DNA of 62,926 nucleotides, filler included. It is 7 parts of 7 records of this genome, joined end to end, with 100 filler letters (N's around TTAATTAATTAA, not from the genome) between each part and the next. Parts side by side here need not be neighbours in the genome. Positions count along the whole stretch, not along the records: positions 54,757 to 62,926 come from SRR20825010_2698; 6 more parts are not named here. The stretch is one strand, 5' to 3'. Position 1 is the first letter of the stretch; the number at the start of each line of letters is the position of its first letter. Shown in pieces: positions 61,113-62,926 of this stretch. The notes below the pieces were generated by a model. That model did no database searches, was not told where the DNA came from, and was given only the letters and a program-made list of their open reading frames with translations. A program made the translations under genes and the position numbers.

Positions 61113-62282
61113 ATGCCCATCATCAATCGTGTTGCCGAGTTCCACGCCGATATTGCCGCGTGGCGCCAGCACATCCATGCCAATCCCGAGCTTCTCTACG
61201 ATGTCCATGAGACGGCCGCTTTCGTGGTCGAGCAACTCAAGAGCTTCGGCGTGGATGAGGTGGTGACGGGAATCGGGCGGACCGGGGTGGTCGGCGTTAT
61301 TCGCGGCAAGGGCGATTCGGATCGCGTCGTGGGGTTGCGGGCCGATATGGACGCCCTGCCGATCACCGAGCGGACCGGCAAGCCCTATGCCTCGGGTAAC
61401 AGCGGCAAAATGCATGCCTGCGGCCATGACGGGCACACGGCCATGTTGCTGGGCGCGGCGCGGTATCTTGCCGAAACGCGCAATTTCGATGGCACCGTCA
61501 TCGTCATCTTCCAGCCGGCCGAAGAAGGCGGCGGCGGCGGGCGCGTCATGGTGGAAGACGGGCTAATGGAGCGTTTCGGCATTTCCCAGGTCTTCGGCAT
61601 GCACAATATGCCGGGCATTCCGCTGGGCGAATTTGCCATACGGACCGGCGGGATCATGGCTGGAACCGACCAGTTCGCGATCGATGTCGAAGGCCATGGC
61701 GGGCACGCGGCCATGCCGCACCTGGCCGTCGATCCGGTGATCGTTTCCGCTCACATCATTTCGGGACTGCAGACGCTGGTGTCACGCTCGATCGATCCGA
61801 TCCGCTCAGCGGTTCTTTCGGTGACGACCGTCAACGCGGGCACGGCCTACAACGTCATTCCGCGCACCGCGCGGCTGACCGGCACCGTCCGGACGCTGGA
61901 CGAGGATGTGCGCACGCAGATGGAAGAAGGCATCAAACGGCTGGCGCCCCAGCTTGCGCAGGCGTTCGGCGCGAACGCAACGGTGACCTGGATGCAGGGG
62001 TATCCGGTTACGGTCAATGCGCCCGAGCAGACAGATTTCGCCGCCGAAGTGGCACGGGAAATCGTCGGGGAAGATCGGGTGAACGATGCCGTCGATCCGA
62101 CCATGGGGGGCGAGGATTTCGCTTATATGCTCAATGCGCGGCCGGGGTCTTATATCTTTCTCGGCAATGGCGACAGCGCGGATTTGCACACCGACACCTA
62201 TGATTTCAACGATGAAGCCATTGATCTGGGCGTGAGCTATTGGGTGCGGCTGGCGGAGAGGGCGCTGGCGACGCGGCAGTAG
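61113..62282 (+). CDS. M20 aminoacylase/hippurate hydrolase family amidohydrolase
   Basis: 'HANPEL', 'LRADMDALP', 'MHACGHDGH', 'FQPAEEG', 'GGEDF'. Confidence 0.95.
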   Translation: MPIINRVAEFHADIAAWRQHIHANPELLYDVHETAAFVVEQLKSFGVDEVVTGIGRTGVVGVIRGKGDSDRVVGLRADMDALPITERTGKPYASGNSGKMHACGHDGHTAMLLGAARYLAETRNFDGTVIVIFQPAEEGGGGGRVMVEDGLMERFGISQVFGMHNMPGIPLGEFAIRTGGIMAGTDQFAIDVEGHGGHAAMPHLAVDPVIVSAHIISGLQTLVSRSIDPIRSAVLSVTTVNAGTAYNVIPRTARLTGTVRTLDEDVRTQMEEGIKRLAPQLAQAFGANATVTWMQGYPVTVNAPEQTDFAAEVAREIVGEDRVNDAVDPTMGGEDFAYMLNARPGSYIFLGNGDSADLHTDTYDFNDEAIDLGVSYWVRLAERALATRQ

Positions 62283-62292
62283 GGGCGCGCCG

Positions 62293-62926
62293 ATGCACTG
62301 GGCGCTGCGAACCGGTCTTACCCTCATCATAGCCGCCATCGGCTCTTTTGCGATCAGTACGCTGGGAATTCCGGGCGGAATGCTGATGGGCGGGGCGCTG
62401 ACGGTTTCCGTTGCCGCCCTGTCGGGCTTTCCGGCAACCATGCCCAACGGCCTGCGCAATGTGCTTTTCGTATGCGTCGGGCTGTCGATGGGGGCCAATG
62501 TGGCGCCCGACACGCTGCAACTGATCGGCCAATGGCCGATAACGCTCGGGGCGCTGGCGCTCGAACTGGTGGTTATCGTTCTGGTGTGCGGAATCGTATT
62601 GCGCAGGCTGTTCAAGTTCGACACGGGAACTGCCTATCTTTCCTCGTTTCCCGGCCATCTGTCTTTCATCATGGCGCTGGCTTCGACGGGTGTCGGCAAC
62701 CCAAGGCAGATCGTTATCATCCAGGTGCAAAGGGTGATGTTCTTGACCCTTTTCGCGCCGATCGGAGCGCTGTTCCTGCCGGTTGGCCACTACTCGGGCG
62801 CGAGCACCGAGCTGATCGACATGACGACGCTGGCCATGGTTGCAGCGGGGTGCGCGTTCGTGGGCTGGGTGTTCACGCGCCTCAAGATGCCTGCGGGCTA
62901 TGTGCTGGGGTCGATGGCCTGTGCGA
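62293..62926 (+). CDS. AbrB family membrane protein, 3' truncated at the window edge
   Basis: Manual translation MHWALRTGLTLIIAAIGSFAISTLGIPGGMLMGG...GLSMG...TAYLSSFPG...IIQVQRV...KMPAGYVLGSM, with the repeated 'P.G..LG' motif. Confidence 0.82.
   Translation, partial: MHWALRTGLTLIIAAIGSFAISTLGIPGGMLMGGALTVSVAALSGFPATMPNGLRNVLFVCVGLSMGANVAPDTLQLIGQWPITLGALALELVVIVLVCGIVLRRLFKFDTGTAYLSSFPGHLSFIMALASTGVGNPRQIVIIQVQRVMFLTLFAPIGALFLPVGHYSGASTELIDMTTLAMVAAGCAFVGWVFTRLKMPAGYVLGSMACA

Overview
This window is not one locus. It is seven contigs joined by six identical 100-bp artificial spacers (44 N + TTAATTAATTAA + 44 N), so gene neighbourhoods hold only within a contig. (1) 1-8666, alphaproteobacterial: a Tad/Cpa pilus locus (cpaC partial, cpaB, cpaA, Flp pilin, an embedded atypical Crp-family regulator, a CpaI-like protein, a vWA TadG-like protein, two TadE-like pilins), tRNA-Ser(GGA) and the 3' end of lepA. 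(2) 8767-24902: the conserved alphaproteobacterial rpsB-tsf-pyrH-frr-uppS-cdsA-dxr-rseP-bamA-skp-lpxD-fabZ-lpxA-lpxI-lpxB cluster converging on gltA. (3) 25003-29960, very GC-rich and probably planctomycete: a prepilin-like protein, a zinc-ribbon membrane protein, a PpiC lipoprotein, a UbiA-like protein and the 3' end of rny. (4) 30061-35897: aroC-ribB(X)...HDAC-xseB, with a divergent TetR/MFS pair carrying three clear operators. (5) 35998-49327: the end of an NRPS cluster (C-A-T-T-C-A-T-TE), a TauD/SyrP-like hydroxylase, a PoyC-like B12 radical SAM C-methyltransferase, a PPTase, and an orphan ParA coupled to a histone-like-tail/DUF697 protein. (6) 49428-54656: radA-cvpA-purF-SDR plus an Aas-like gene. 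(7) 54757-62926: housekeeping and metabolic genes. Contig 5 is the best candidate for something undescribed: an NRPS tailored by a RiPP-type radical SAM methyltransferase, with a possible ParA-based cargo-positioning module inside the cluster. All calls come from reading motifs by eye; no database searches were run.
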